Source of the DNA: a virus
Reading direction: 5' to 3' (one strand)
IMG/VR virus record: IMGVR_UViG_3300045157_000010
Length of the DNA stretch: 64,000 nt
In this document: positions 24,933 through 33,192 of the stretch, piece by piece
How the letters are laid out: each line of letters opens with the position of its first letter
Position numbering within the stretch: position 1 is the first letter of the stretch
Notes under the pieces: generated by a model
The model's input: the letters and a program-made list of their open reading frames with translations, nothing else
Told to the model about the DNA's origin: nothing
The model's database searches: none
Made by a program: the position numbers and the translations under genes

Positions 24933-25157
24933 CCAATACCGGGGTCTCACATGCCAGGTGTGAGGTACATCCCGTGGGCAAGCGCGTCATCTCTACTCGG
25001 CTCGTGGCATGGCGTTCACTCTCGCCGCTTACACCCGTAGCCTTTCGGTCAATGACCTCTGCGCTTCTCTTCGCGTTCTCTATTTGGTTCTCAAACTTCA
25101 TCCGAACCCCGGTTCTTCCTCCCCGTGTGGGGCGGCGTCTCCGTGCCGGTGAGGTGA

Positions 25158-25185
25158 ACACTACCAGACATTCTGGTTCCGTCAA
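25158..25185 (-). promoter_or_regulatory. Early lytic promoter
   Basis: TTGACG-16nt-TAGTGT with TG extension; operator in the spacer. Confidence 0.65.
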
Positions 25186-25273
25186 CCATGCACCCAGGTT
25201 CTTTCAACCATGCCACCCCCGTATGGTACCCCCGTCATGGCCACTATCAGGTGCAATGACCAAACACTCTGGT
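25163..25273. promoter_or_regulatory. Three related 15-bp operators
   Basis: ACCAGACATTCTGGT (25163, palindromic), ACCATGCACCCAGGT (25185), ACCAAACACTCTGGT (25259). Confidence 0.65.
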
Positions 25274-25283
25274 GGATTCGGCC

Positions 25284-25299
25284 TGGTATCTGATACCAT
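25284..25299 (+). promoter_or_regulatory. Repressor promoter (extended -10 TGATACCAT, leaderless) within palindrome TGGTATC-T-GATACCA
   Basis: -10 lies 7 nt before ATG 25307; no SD. Confidence 0.6.
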
Positions 25300-25306
25300 C
25301 CTTTAC

Positions 25307-25717
25307 ATGACAGATCACAGTGAATGGCTCACAGAGTCCACCGGAACTACCGTCCACGCCGTAGCCATAAAGACAGGCGTTGACCCCTCCAACTTCGCCA
25401 AGAAGGTGAAGCGTGGACTGTCCGCAGAGGAAGTCATCAACATCAGCTACGAGTACGGCCTCGACCCCGTTCAGGCTCTCGTAGACACCGGCTACCTCCA
25501 TGGAAACAGCCAGACGCGCACCGACCCGAAGGAAGTAGCCAACCGCATCCGACAAGACCTAGCAGCCCTGGAACGCATCGCCACACAAGAAATCGAACAG
25601 GACGCCACCGTCTACGAGTTCCCGGGGAGGTCCGACCCCTACACTGACGACATGCCCGAAGGGGCCGCAGCCTACGGAGGTGAACTGTTCGACACAGATG
25701 ACGACGACGATTACTGA
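25307..25717 (+). CDS. Immunity repressor (HTH)
   Basis: VHAVAIKTGVDPSNFAKK HTH; GLDPVQALVDTGYL; divergent from the early operon; upstream of ImmA. Confidence 0.75.
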   Translation: MTDHSEWLTESTGTTVHAVAIKTGVDPSNFAKKVKRGLSAEEVINISYEYGLDPVQALVDTGYLHGNSQTRTDPKEVANRIRQDLAALERIATQEIEQDATVYEFPGRSDPYTDDMPEGAAAYGGELFDTDDDDDY

Positions 25718-26072
25718 CCTGCACATCCTTTCCGAAACCCTCGGCGTGACCCTCACCCACCACAACGGGGGCACGCCAGGGTGGTACCACCACCAAACAC
25801 GTACAATCAGCACTCGCCGGAAACTCGGCATCTGCGACTACAAAAGCATCCTCGCCCACGAACTCGCCCACGCCTACTACCGCGACGAACACTGCGGCAG
25901 ATGGAACGGCAAGCAAGAGCGCAGGGCGGACCGGCTAGCAGCACGGATACTGATCTGCCCCGACGAGCTGCACAACGCGCTCCTATGGCACCGGGACGAC
26001 CTCCACGGGCTAGCGCTCGACCTAGAGGTAACACCTCACCTCATTGACGTTTTCATGTCACTCAGAAACTAG
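25698..26072 (+). CDS. immA: ImmA/IrrE-family metallopeptidase
   Basis: LAHELAHA HExxH; QERRADRLAARILI. Confidence 0.9.
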   Translation: MTTTITDLHILSETLGVTLTHHNGGTPGWYHHQTRTISTRRKLGICDYKSILAHELAHAYYRDEHCGRWNGKQERRADRLAARILICPDELHNALLWHRDDLHGLALDLEVTPHLIDVFMSLRN

Positions 26073-26083
26073 GAGAACTTCAG

Positions 26084-26371
26084 ATGGCAAACAACACCTG
26101 GGGCAAGCAGTCCTCCCCCTTGCCGGGATACGGCCCCACAGGACAATCCAAGCCGGAAAAAGACCCCTTCCACACCGCTGACATCACCGGATCACTCATC
26201 GTTGCACTTGCAATCATCGGCATCATCGTCGGACTCGCAACCGCCGGAGACGATGATGTAGCAGGCGTCGCCATCATCGGAGCAGCCGTATGCTTCGCCG
26301 CGCTCGGACTCATCCTGTCCGCCGTCGCACGCATCGGCACCGGACTGTGGGAAGCGGGGCACATCAAATGA
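26084..26371 (+). CDS. Two-TM membrane protein
   Basis: AGGAG RBS; two hydrophobic helices. Confidence 0.75.
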   Translation: MANNTWGKQSSPLPGYGPTGQSKPEKDPFHTADITGSLIVALAIIGIIVGLATAGDDDVAGVAIIGAAVCFAALGLILSAVARIGTGLWEAGHIK

Positions 26372-27204
26372 AACGAGCACTCACAGCACTAGCTGCGGTC
26401 GCGGTCCTCACCCTCGCGGCATGTAACGACGGGGATAGCGCGGACAGCAATACAAGCGGGGGCGCAACGGACAACACCCTCACCATCGGCCAGACTGTCG
26501 AGAAGATGGGTGTCAAACTCACCCTCACCAAAGTCACCGTCAACGACACCTGCAAATACGGTCCCGGATACGACGAGCTGAAAGACGGCACGAAGGTCAT
26601 CCAGTACGAAGCCACGATGGAGAACACCACCGCTGAAGAGCCGTTCCCCAGCCTTCCTACCCCGCTCAACGAGGATGGGACGGAGGCCGTTATCCCACGG
26701 TCCATGCAGTCCGCATCACCGTGCATGCCGACCCACAGCGAAGACGGAACCGTCTACTGGCACCAGGGCGTGAAGCCGAACGCGACCCGGAAGATCTACC
26801 AGCAACAGGTCGTCCCGGACGAGGTGACCGCAGTCCGCACGTTCGACAGGATCTTCACACTCCCCGCCGCCGCAACGCCGACTACGAGCGCAAACCAGAA
26901 GACAGAGCGGCCGGACCCGACTGAGGGGAGCTCCACACCGCAGGAAGTCGTCACCCCTGAAGTTGCATCAACCCCTGCGCCCGTCGAACAGGCAGCAGCG
27001 CCGGAAACGGTAACCGCAACCTGCGCCCCCGCAAACGACGTGTACCAGCCTGGGACCACATTCTACAGCGACGGCACATCCGGCTACACCGCAGCTTGTC
27101 AGCAGCAGATGGAGGACGCTATGCAGGCCACCGGAAAATACCCCGACTATCCGTTCGGCGAGGTCGATCCAAACTGGACCGAGGAAGACGTTTTCAACCA
27201 GTAG
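26368..27204 (+). CDS. Lipoprotein, candidate superinfection exclusion
   Basis: MKRALTALAAVAVLTLAAC lipobox; Pro/Thr/Ala linker; in the lysogeny operon. Confidence 0.75.
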   Translation: MKRALTALAAVAVLTLAACNDGDSADSNTSGGATDNTLTIGQTVEKMGVKLTLTKVTVNDTCKYGPGYDELKDGTKVIQYEATMENTTAEEPFPSLPTPLNEDGTEAVIPRSMQSASPCMPTHSEDGTVYWHQGVKPNATRKIYQQQVVPDEVTAVRTFDRIFTLPAAATPTTSANQKTERPDPTEGSSTPQEVVTPEVASTPAPVEQAAAPETVTATCAPANDVYQPGTTFYSDGTSGYTAACQQQMEDAMQATGKYPDYPFGEVDPNWTEEDVFNQ

Positions 27205-27208
27205 CCCC

Positions 27209-27230
27209 AGCCCCGCCACCGTGCGGGGCT
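27209..27230 (+). terminator. Hairpin between lipoprotein and integrase
   Basis: AGCCCCGC-6nt-GCGGGGCT; weak U tract. Confidence 0.45.
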
Positions 27231-27247
27231 TCACCATTTAGGACACC

Positions 27248-28354
27248 ATGCCCACACCACAGAAATACCAAGCCGCAGCCGGCACCCGCTGGCGCATCCA
27301 ATACCGCGACCCCACCGGCACCCGCCGCACCAAAACCGGCTTCAAAACCAAGAAACAAGCCGAGCACTGGGCAGCACAGAACATCGTTGACCAGAACGAC
27401 GGATCATGGATCGACCCCACCTCCGGGAAGATCACCGTCGGACAACTCGGCGCTGAGTGGCTGGAGAATCAAACCCACCTGAAGCCGTCCACGATGCGCG
27501 TCACCGAATCGACATGGCGCGTACATGTCGAACCGGCATGGGGACACCGCCCCGTAGGGTCCATACGCCCCTCTGAGGTCCAAACATGGGTCAGCCGCCT
27601 CGACGGTGGGGCAACGACCGTACGCAACGCACACGGCATCCTGGCGAAGATTCTGGACGTTGCCGTGATGGACAAGCGCATACCCGCCAACCCCGCCCGT
27701 GGCGTGAAGCTCCCCGTCAAGAACAAGGGGGTGAAGGTGTACCTCACCGCCGAACAGTTGCACCGGCTCGTCGACGAGTGCGGGGACCAAGGGGATCTGA
27801 TCTACCTCCTCGGAACATCCGGGATGCGATTCGGGGAAGCGGTCGCGCTCCGGGTGAAGGATGTGGACTTCATGCGGCGACGGATCAGCATCACGCGCAA
27901 CGCCGTGACCGTGAAGCAGGACGTGATTATCGGCACGCCCAAAACAGGGGAGGAACGCACCGTTGCGGTGGCTGAGGATGTTCTCACAGCCCTGTCCGTC
28001 AGGTGCCAGGGGAAGGCGCGCAACGACCTCCTATGGACGCGGCGGGACGGAGGGCTACTCCGCACCCTGGGGCACAACAGCTTCTTCCATAACGCGCTGC
28101 GGCGTATCCAGGCGGACGATCCCGAGTTCCCGTGGCTGACCCCGCACGGCCTACGGCATGTCGCAGCCGGACTGATGGTGTCGTCCGGGGCGAACGTGAA
28201 GGTTGTGCAACGGCAACTCGGACACGCGTCCGCGACCATGACCTTGGACCGGTACGCGGACCTGTTTGACGACGATCTCGACGGGGTGGCGGCGCGCATG
28301 GATGAGATCTTGACGCGTGGGGGTGCGTCAAATGTGCGTCAAATGAAAAAATAG
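27248..28354 (+). CDS. int: Tyrosine integrase
   Basis: GMRFGE, PKT, HGLRH, LGH, TLDRY; N-terminal arm-binding domain. Confidence 0.97.
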   Translation: MPTPQKYQAAAGTRWRIQYRDPTGTRRTKTGFKTKKQAEHWAAQNIVDQNDGSWIDPTSGKITVGQLGAEWLENQTHLKPSTMRVTESTWRVHVEPAWGHRPVGSIRPSEVQTWVSRLDGGATTVRNAHGILAKILDVAVMDKRIPANPARGVKLPVKNKGVKVYLTAEQLHRLVDECGDQGDLIYLLGTSGMRFGEAVALRVKDVDFMRRRISITRNAVTVKQDVIIGTPKTGEERTVAVAEDVLTALSVRCQGKARNDLLWTRRDGGLLRTLGHNSFFHNALRRIQADDPEFPWLTPHGLRHVAAGLMVSSGANVKVVQRQLGHASATMTLDRYADLFDDDLDGVAARMDEILTRGGASNVRQMKK

Positions 28355-28382
28355 GCCCTTCCCGATTTCTCGGAAAGGGCCT
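28345..28382 (-). terminator. Rho-independent terminator for the reconstituted tRNA-Val
   Basis: AGGCCCTTTCCGA-GAAA-TCGGGAAGGGCCT followed by ATTTTTT. Confidence 0.75.
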
Positions 28383-28388
28383 CTGAGC

Positions 28389-28436
28389 TGGTGCGCACTG
28401 ACGGGTTCGAACCGCCGACCTGCTGGGTGTAAACCA
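28389..28436 (-). other. attP common core: 3' half of tRNA-Val(TAC)
   Basis: TGG-TTTACAC-CCAGCAGGTC-GGCGG-TTCGAAC-CCGTC-AGTGCGC-ACCA; no 5' half. Confidence 0.9.
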
Positions 28437-28617
28437 TCGTCAACGGTAGCGGCACCCCCATTTGGGTTAGTGTGTCTGATCTGCGTAAATGCGTCTCTTG
28501 CTGCCACTTTGAGGTTCATGCACACTGTGAGCACCATGGTCAAGTTTGGAACATCGTGGACCTCGATGGACACCTACGTGCGTCAAATATGCGTCAAATC
28601 CACGCACCCACAAACGA

Positions 28618-28656
28618 CAAAAAGACCCCCTCCAGGCCACAGCCCAGAGGGGGTCT
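28618..28656 (-). terminator. Late operon terminator
   Basis: AGACCCCCTC..GAGGGGGTCT followed by TTTTT. Confidence 0.8.
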
Positions 28657-28663
28657 CAACATG

Positions 28664-29002
28664 TCACAAATCATCCACAATCTCACCCGGCAGATCAGCA
28701 TGAACCTCCGGGGACTTCCGCACCAGATCACGGATGAACAGCAATGCTGCATTGTACTTCCGGCGCAGAACACTCACCTCGGCGCGAAGCTCGCCAACAT
28801 CCTGCTCCAGACGGTCAATCTTCTTGTCCCGCTCCGCCAACCGCTGCTCCGTCCACTCCTGAATCTGGTCGGTGAACCCCTGCCAATCGGGACGGTCGGC
28901 AATCTGCTGATCCCCCTTCGTCTTCGTCCGGGTTGCCAGCCATGCGAGCACTCCGGAAGCGACAGCGGCGACAACCGGCCACACCTCACTGGGGATCTGC
29001 AC
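28664..29002 (-). CDS. Membrane-anchored coiled-coil protein (lysis cassette)
   Basis: N-terminal TM followed by heptads. Confidence 0.7.
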   Translation of the reverse strand: MQIPSEVWPVVAAVASGVLAWLATRTKTKGDQQIADRPDWQGFTDQIQEWTEQRLAERDKKIDRLEQDVGELRAEVSVLRRKYNAALLFIRDLVRKSPEVHADLPGEIVDDL

Positions 29003-29435
29003 GCGGCAACGCCCCCTCCGGCTTCACATCCTCCCGAGGCTCGCGTCGGGACAAGCCCCACAACACAAGGAACGAGATAGCGACGTAACTATTTGCGCTC
29101 ACCCATCCACGGCCCATATCGCCAGACAGGGTGGCGAAGAGGAACGAGAACCCGAACAGTGCGTGCAGGCCGACGATAGCGCCGAACGCGACAGCGGCAG
29201 GTCGAGTTCTCCACGCTACGGCGGCCGCGAAGCACAGCACCGCGACCACTCCCCACACCACAGACCAAACATCCATCGAGACCCACGCCTCGGCAGGGTG
29301 CGTAGCCTTCGTCTCAGGCGGCAGTGTGAGCGGCGTGTAGGCGAAAGCTCGGACTGCGGCAATCGTGCCGACGATGAGTAGTCCGGCCTCATCGGAGGTG
29401 GCGAAGCGCCGCGCTTGGCGCATCCACCCGGGCAT
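28986..29435 (-). CDS. Four-TM membrane protein (lysis cassette)
   Basis: Four hydrophobic segments. Confidence 0.7.
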   Translation of the reverse strand: MPGWMRQARRFATSDEAGLLIVGTIAAVRAFAYTPLTLPPETKATHPAEAWVSMDVWSVVWGVVAVLCFAAAVAWRTRPAAVAFGAIVGLHALFGFSFLFATLSGDMGRGWVSANSYVAISFLVLWGLSRREPREDVKPEGALPRADPQ

Positions 29436-29806
29436 TACTTCCGTCCGGCGTAGTAGTCCGCGACCGTCTGTTCAGCCTTGCTCTTCACAACCTCTGCGGC
29501 GTGCTCACCGTAGGACTGGACCTGATTCAGCGCCTCGGCGACGATGGCCTCCACGGACGGCCCGCCGTGGTTCGCGGACGCGGCAACCGCGACATCCTGC
29601 GCGGTGACCGTGGAGTCGGACCCCGCATTCGTCTTCGCGGACGCGAGGAAAGCGACCAGCGCACCGAGGATCGGTGACGCGGCGATAGTGTCGATCTGCC
29701 CCTCATCGATCAGGCCGAAGCCCGCAGCGACGAGGAGGACCACACCGACAATGGCATAGACAGCTCGGCGAATGAACCACGGCTGCGTGAACTTCTTGGT
29801 CTTCAT
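29435..29806 (-). CDS. Holin
   Basis: Two TM segments immediately after the endolysin. Confidence 0.7.
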   Translation of the reverse strand: MKTKKFTQPWFIRRAVYAIVGVVLLVAAGFGLIDEGQIDTIAASPILGALVAFLASAKTNAGSDSTVTAQDVAVAASANHGGPSVEAIVAEALNQVQSYGEHAAEVVKSKAEQTVADYYAGRK

Positions 29807-31137
29807 TACTTGCCACCCTTCAGGTCTGCGACGGCCTTGGTGAGCGCGTCGATCTTCTTGTCCTGCTTCACGAGGAAGTCCACGACAGTGGCACCCCCGA
29901 GCTGCGGCCAGCCGGTGAACTTGTAGTCCCCGTTGGCCTTCTTCTCCGGCCCGACAATCTGGTCGAGCATGAGTTCGATTCGCTTCTCAGCTTGTGCGCT
30001 CAAAGTATCCCCCTTGGGTGTAGTAGTGCCGCCCCCGGCGAGCACCTGGTTGACGTAGGACAGGAAAACGTCCCACGGGAAGTTCGGACCGGGGTCCGTG
30101 TGGTCGGTACCGCCGAATGCTCGGAGATCACCGTGGCCGCACACTCCCCGCCCGGTGGTCACCTTCGTCACCGGAATGTTGCGCGTCTTCGACCAGTAGG
30201 CGACGACAGTCGCCCCGGCCCGCAGCATCTTTTCTTGTGCGAGCCACTGTGCTCGGGTCCATGCGGCCTGCGCGACGAACGACAGGTTGACGCCCTGCAC
30301 GTTGCCAGCGTTATTGCCGGTAGACCAAGTGATCCAGTCATCGGTGTTCTCCCGCAGACGCTTACCCGTGGTGTCCACCAAAACGTGGTACGAGCCGGAC
30401 TGACTGTTGATCTGGTAGTTCGCCACGTTCTCGGCAGGTGTGCCTGCCGAGTTCTCGGTCGTATGGATGACGATCCGCTGGATACCGGACAGTGACCGTG
30501 GTCCGCCGAAGTTGAATCGGCTGGACCAGTCGAGATCGTAGTAGCTCAATGTCGTTCCCCCCTCTGTTGTCGTGTCGGGCAGTAGTGCTGCCCCTAGTGC
30601 TTTGCAGGTCGCTAGACGTGCCTTCCGGTCTGCGAGGCCGTTCGTTCCCCCGTTGATTGCTTTGGTGACGCCTACAACATCGTCTGCGTCACACAGGGCG
30701 TTCAGTCCCGGGCGGGCGACTGTCCAGTACCAGACAGGTCCGATGAACCCGTACTGGTCACTAGCGAGCTGCGCGGGGTTGTCCACAAAGAACGTTGCTG
30801 TCGGGACTAGCCCCTTGCTGTGCGCCCACTTGCTGACGGCGGTGTAGTTGTACCGTCCGGTGACCTGAATCGGCCCGCGGCCCTTGAACCGCACGCCGTC
30901 CCCGGCGACCGTGTTCCCGAGGTCAGTTCGCCCCTCATAGGCCGCACCAGAGGCGATTTCCTCCATCCAGCGCAACCCACCTGACTCATGCCCCAACTGC
31001 GAGCACCAGTGTGCGGCACGTAGCGGTGTTGTAATCCCTGCCGCAACCATCGCCGCATTGAATGCGGGAAGTAGAGCCTCATAGCGTGCGAGGCTTAGTG
31101 ATCCGCCCATTGCGGCGGAAAGTGTTTTAGCGTCCAT
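29806..31137 (-). CDS. Endolysin: GH19 glycosidase plus Amidase_2
   Basis: GHESGG..EE, FKGRGPIQVTGRYNY; IVIHTTE, SYH, HTDPGPNFPW. Confidence 0.92.
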   Translation of the reverse strand: MDAKTLSAAMGGSLSLARYEALLPAFNAAMVAAGITTPLRAAHWCSQLGHESGGLRWMEEIASGAAYEGRTDLGNTVAGDGVRFKGRGPIQVTGRYNYTAVSKWAHSKGLVPTATFFVDNPAQLASDQYGFIGPVWYWTVARPGLNALCDADDVVGVTKAINGGTNGLADRKARLATCKALGAALLPDTTTEGGTTLSYYDLDWSSRFNFGGPRSLSGIQRIVIHTTENSAGTPAENVANYQINSQSGSYHVLVDTTGKRLRENTDDWITWSTGNNAGNVQGVNLSFVAQAAWTRAQWLAQEKMLRAGATVVAYWSKTRNIPVTKVTTGRGVCGHGDLRAFGGTDHTDPGPNFPWDVFLSYVNQVLAGGGTTTPKGDTLSAQAEKRIELMLDQIVGPEKKANGDYKFTGWPQLGGATVVDFLVKQDKKIDALTKAVADLKGGK

Positions 31138-31772
31138 CAGATTTCACCGATACTAAAATCGTCAATAAGAGGCCCGGTGTAATGTCCAACATAGAACCCC
31201 CCGTAAAGTTGATCCGAAGTATCAACGATGCCGGAATTGTCGGTGTAAACCAGAGAATCATTGAGACTGATTCTCAGTTCCACCCCCACCCTTGACAGTT
31301 CTATGGTGTCGCCACTTTTAACAGTGTAGGTCATCGACCATAGGGTAGTTCCCGGGGAAGTGCTACTGCGCAACGAAAGCTTATTGTTTGACGGAGATAT
31401 ATCTAAAGAGATGAATGATGAGGTGATTACGTCTACATTATTGGTAATATGCAGACCACACCATCTACCTGAACTACTATAAGTTCCGGCCCTCAATGTT
31501 GCCTTCACCACAATATTAGGAGTAGACGGCGCAACAGTACAGTTCGCCTGCCTAATAGTCGTATTGTAAGACCCCACTGCGCCAGAGTAGTATTGGATAC
31601 CATTCTGGGTGTAAGGTCCCGACATTGGGCCGTCCGGCTGGTTGAAGTCGTCGAAAAATATCCAGTTCGGGCCAGACTTCCATACCAGTTCAGATCCAGA
31701 GTAAACAGAGTTCACTGGTGTGGACCCGTAATATACTGACTTAATAGGGGTCGCCCCTACATTAATTGCCAT
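31137..31772 (-). CDS. Low-GC tail tip / receptor-binding protein, lectin-like
   Basis: KSVYYGSTPV..VW N-terminus, FDDFN and DDFSI ends of a beta-sandwich; markedly AT-rich. Confidence 0.6.
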   Translation of the reverse strand: MAINVGATPIKSVYYGSTPVNSVYSGSELVWKSGPNWIFFDDFNQPDGPMSGPYTQNGIQYYSGAVGSYNTTIRQANCTVAPSTPNIVVKATLRAGTYSSSGRWCGLHITNNVDVITSSFISLDISPSNNKLSLRSSTSPGTTLWSMTYTVKSGDTIELSRVGVELRISLNDSLVYTDNSGIVDTSDQLYGGFYVGHYTGPLIDDFSIGEI

Positions 31773-31778
31773 GCGTAA

Positions 31779-33179
31779 TCACCCCGTCACAAAATAGATT
31801 ACGTTAGAGTCCGGTGTGCTCGGAAGTGCGGAAACAACCTGAATCTTTGACGCGTTCAGTTTTCCTGCCAGCGCCGCGTCCACATAGCTCTTCGTGGTCG
31901 CGTGCGAACTATCCGTAGGCTCACCGACCGGCAAGGTTGCCCCAGTTCCTCGATAGGCGACAGTGTTCGCCGTCGCCCCGTTCGCGTACTGCACCTGCGT
32001 CTGTGAGCCGCCAGAAGTCGTGCCATACAGTCGAGTACCCGTCGAAGTGGTAGACACCTTCCCGTCAAGCGCCGACTGCAACCCCGTCACATCCGCAACC
32101 GCGTGAACGTGAGAGGCGTTAGCCTTACCCGCCAGACCCGGCACCGTCGGAGCATCAGCCGTGCCCCCGAGATCACCCGCGAGCTGAACCTTGCCCTTCA
32201 TCGTCGTAGAAGCATCCGGCACACCATCCGACACCACAGACGCCGCATCCTGCGCCGACTGAGCAGCAGCAGCCGCAGAACCGGCAGCATCGTCCGCATG
32301 GCCCGAAGCGGTGTTCACAAGCCCAGACAGTTCCGACCGCACACCATCAGCCGCATCCGTCGCGGCAGTAGCAGCCACACCCTCAGACTGCGCAGCAGCA
32401 GCAGCCGACGCCTGAGCATCCGACGCTGAACCGGCAGCAGCAGAAGCGGACAGGGCCGCAGCAGCAGCGGAACCATCAGCGGCAGTGGCAGACGCAGAAG
32501 CATCCGACGCAGACCCAACGGCCGCGTCACGCGCATCCTCCGACCCAGACTGAGCGGAAACCGCCCCATCCTCCGCCAGCTCAGCCGCACCCTGCGCAAC
32601 AACCGCAGCATCACGCGCCAACTCCGCACCACCCTGAGCCGACTCCGCACCACCCCGGGCCACAACCGCAGCATCACGAGCAGCCGCAGAATCAGACGCA
32701 GACTGCGCCGACGCGGAAGCCGAAGACGCCGCAGCATCACGCGCCAACTCCGCAGCAGACTGAGCAGCCCCAGACGCCGCCTCAGCCTGCAACACACGCT
32801 CGGCAGAACCCACAACAGCCGCAGACGCCGCAGCATCATTAGCCGAAGCCCGCGCCTCACGCGCCGCCTGCTGAGCCGCCCGCACAATCTCCGGCTCATA
32901 GTCGTAATTGTCCTCCAACAGGTCCAAGAACTCGACCTGCTCGTCCTGCGAAGGAACAGTGAACTTCAACTGATGCGTCGCACCGTCGCCGGTCACATGA
33001 CCGACAATCGGCCCCGGCTCTAGATTCAGCGACGCCTCACCATTCGACAGCAGCGCTTCGCGCTTCTCCCCCGTGATAGCGGACGTGCCGCCGGGCCGCA
33101 GCTTCGGTGACCACACTGTGATAACGCCACTCGTCAACGTTGCATCAACAGCAGCGAACTTGAAATGAACAACAGGCAT
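31779..33179 (-). CDS. Tail fiber protein with Ala/Ser repeats
   Basis: Long AxxSA repeats, KGKVQLAGDLGG, HATTKSYVD. Confidence 0.8.
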   Translation of the reverse strand: MPVVHFKFAAVDATLTSGVITVWSPKLRPGGTSAITGEKREALLSNGEASLNLEPGPIVGHVTGDGATHQLKFTVPSQDEQVEFLDLLEDNYDYEPEIVRAAQQAAREARASANDAAASAAVVGSAERVLQAEAASGAAQSAAELARDAAASSASASAQSASDSAAARDAAVVARGGAESAQGGAELARDAAVVAQGAAELAEDGAVSAQSGSEDARDAAVGSASDASASATAADGSAAAAALSASAAAGSASDAQASAAAAAQSEGVAATAATDAADGVRSELSGLVNTASGHADDAAGSAAAAAQSAQDAASVVSDGVPDASTTMKGKVQLAGDLGGTADAPTVPGLAGKANASHVHAVADVTGLQSALDGKVSTTSTGTRLYGTTSGGSQTQVQYANGATANTVAYRGTGATLPVGEPTDSSHATTKSYVDAALAGKLNASKIQVVSALPSTPDSNVIYFVTG

Positions 33180-33192
33180 AATGCCCCCCTAA

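Larger units (their letters stand above)
28324..28599. other. attP with arm-type repeats
   Basis: TGCGTCAAAT at 28324, 28335, 28579, 28590 flanking the core. Confidence 0.8.

Noticed and set aside
24907-25185. ORF divergent from the repressor as a Cro
   Set aside because: No HTH pattern; its upstream part overlaps the promoter and operators and its end runs into the structured RNA. Kept only as a possible leader peptide
24878-25306. N-terminal extension of the repressor ORF (279 aa)
   Set aside because: Spans the divergent promoter region; a leaderless start at 25307 with -10 TACCAT fits better
23782-25310. LexA/SOS box controlling the antirepressor or repressor
   Set aside because: No TCGAAC-N4-GTTCGA match found by eye
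28389-28436. Functional tRNA-Val gene
   Set aside because: Only the 3' half is present; it is the attP core
31137-33179. Diversity-generating retroelement or invertible tail-fiber shufflon
   Set aside because: No reverse transcriptase, no template/variable repeat pair, and no invertase or flanking inverted repeats seen
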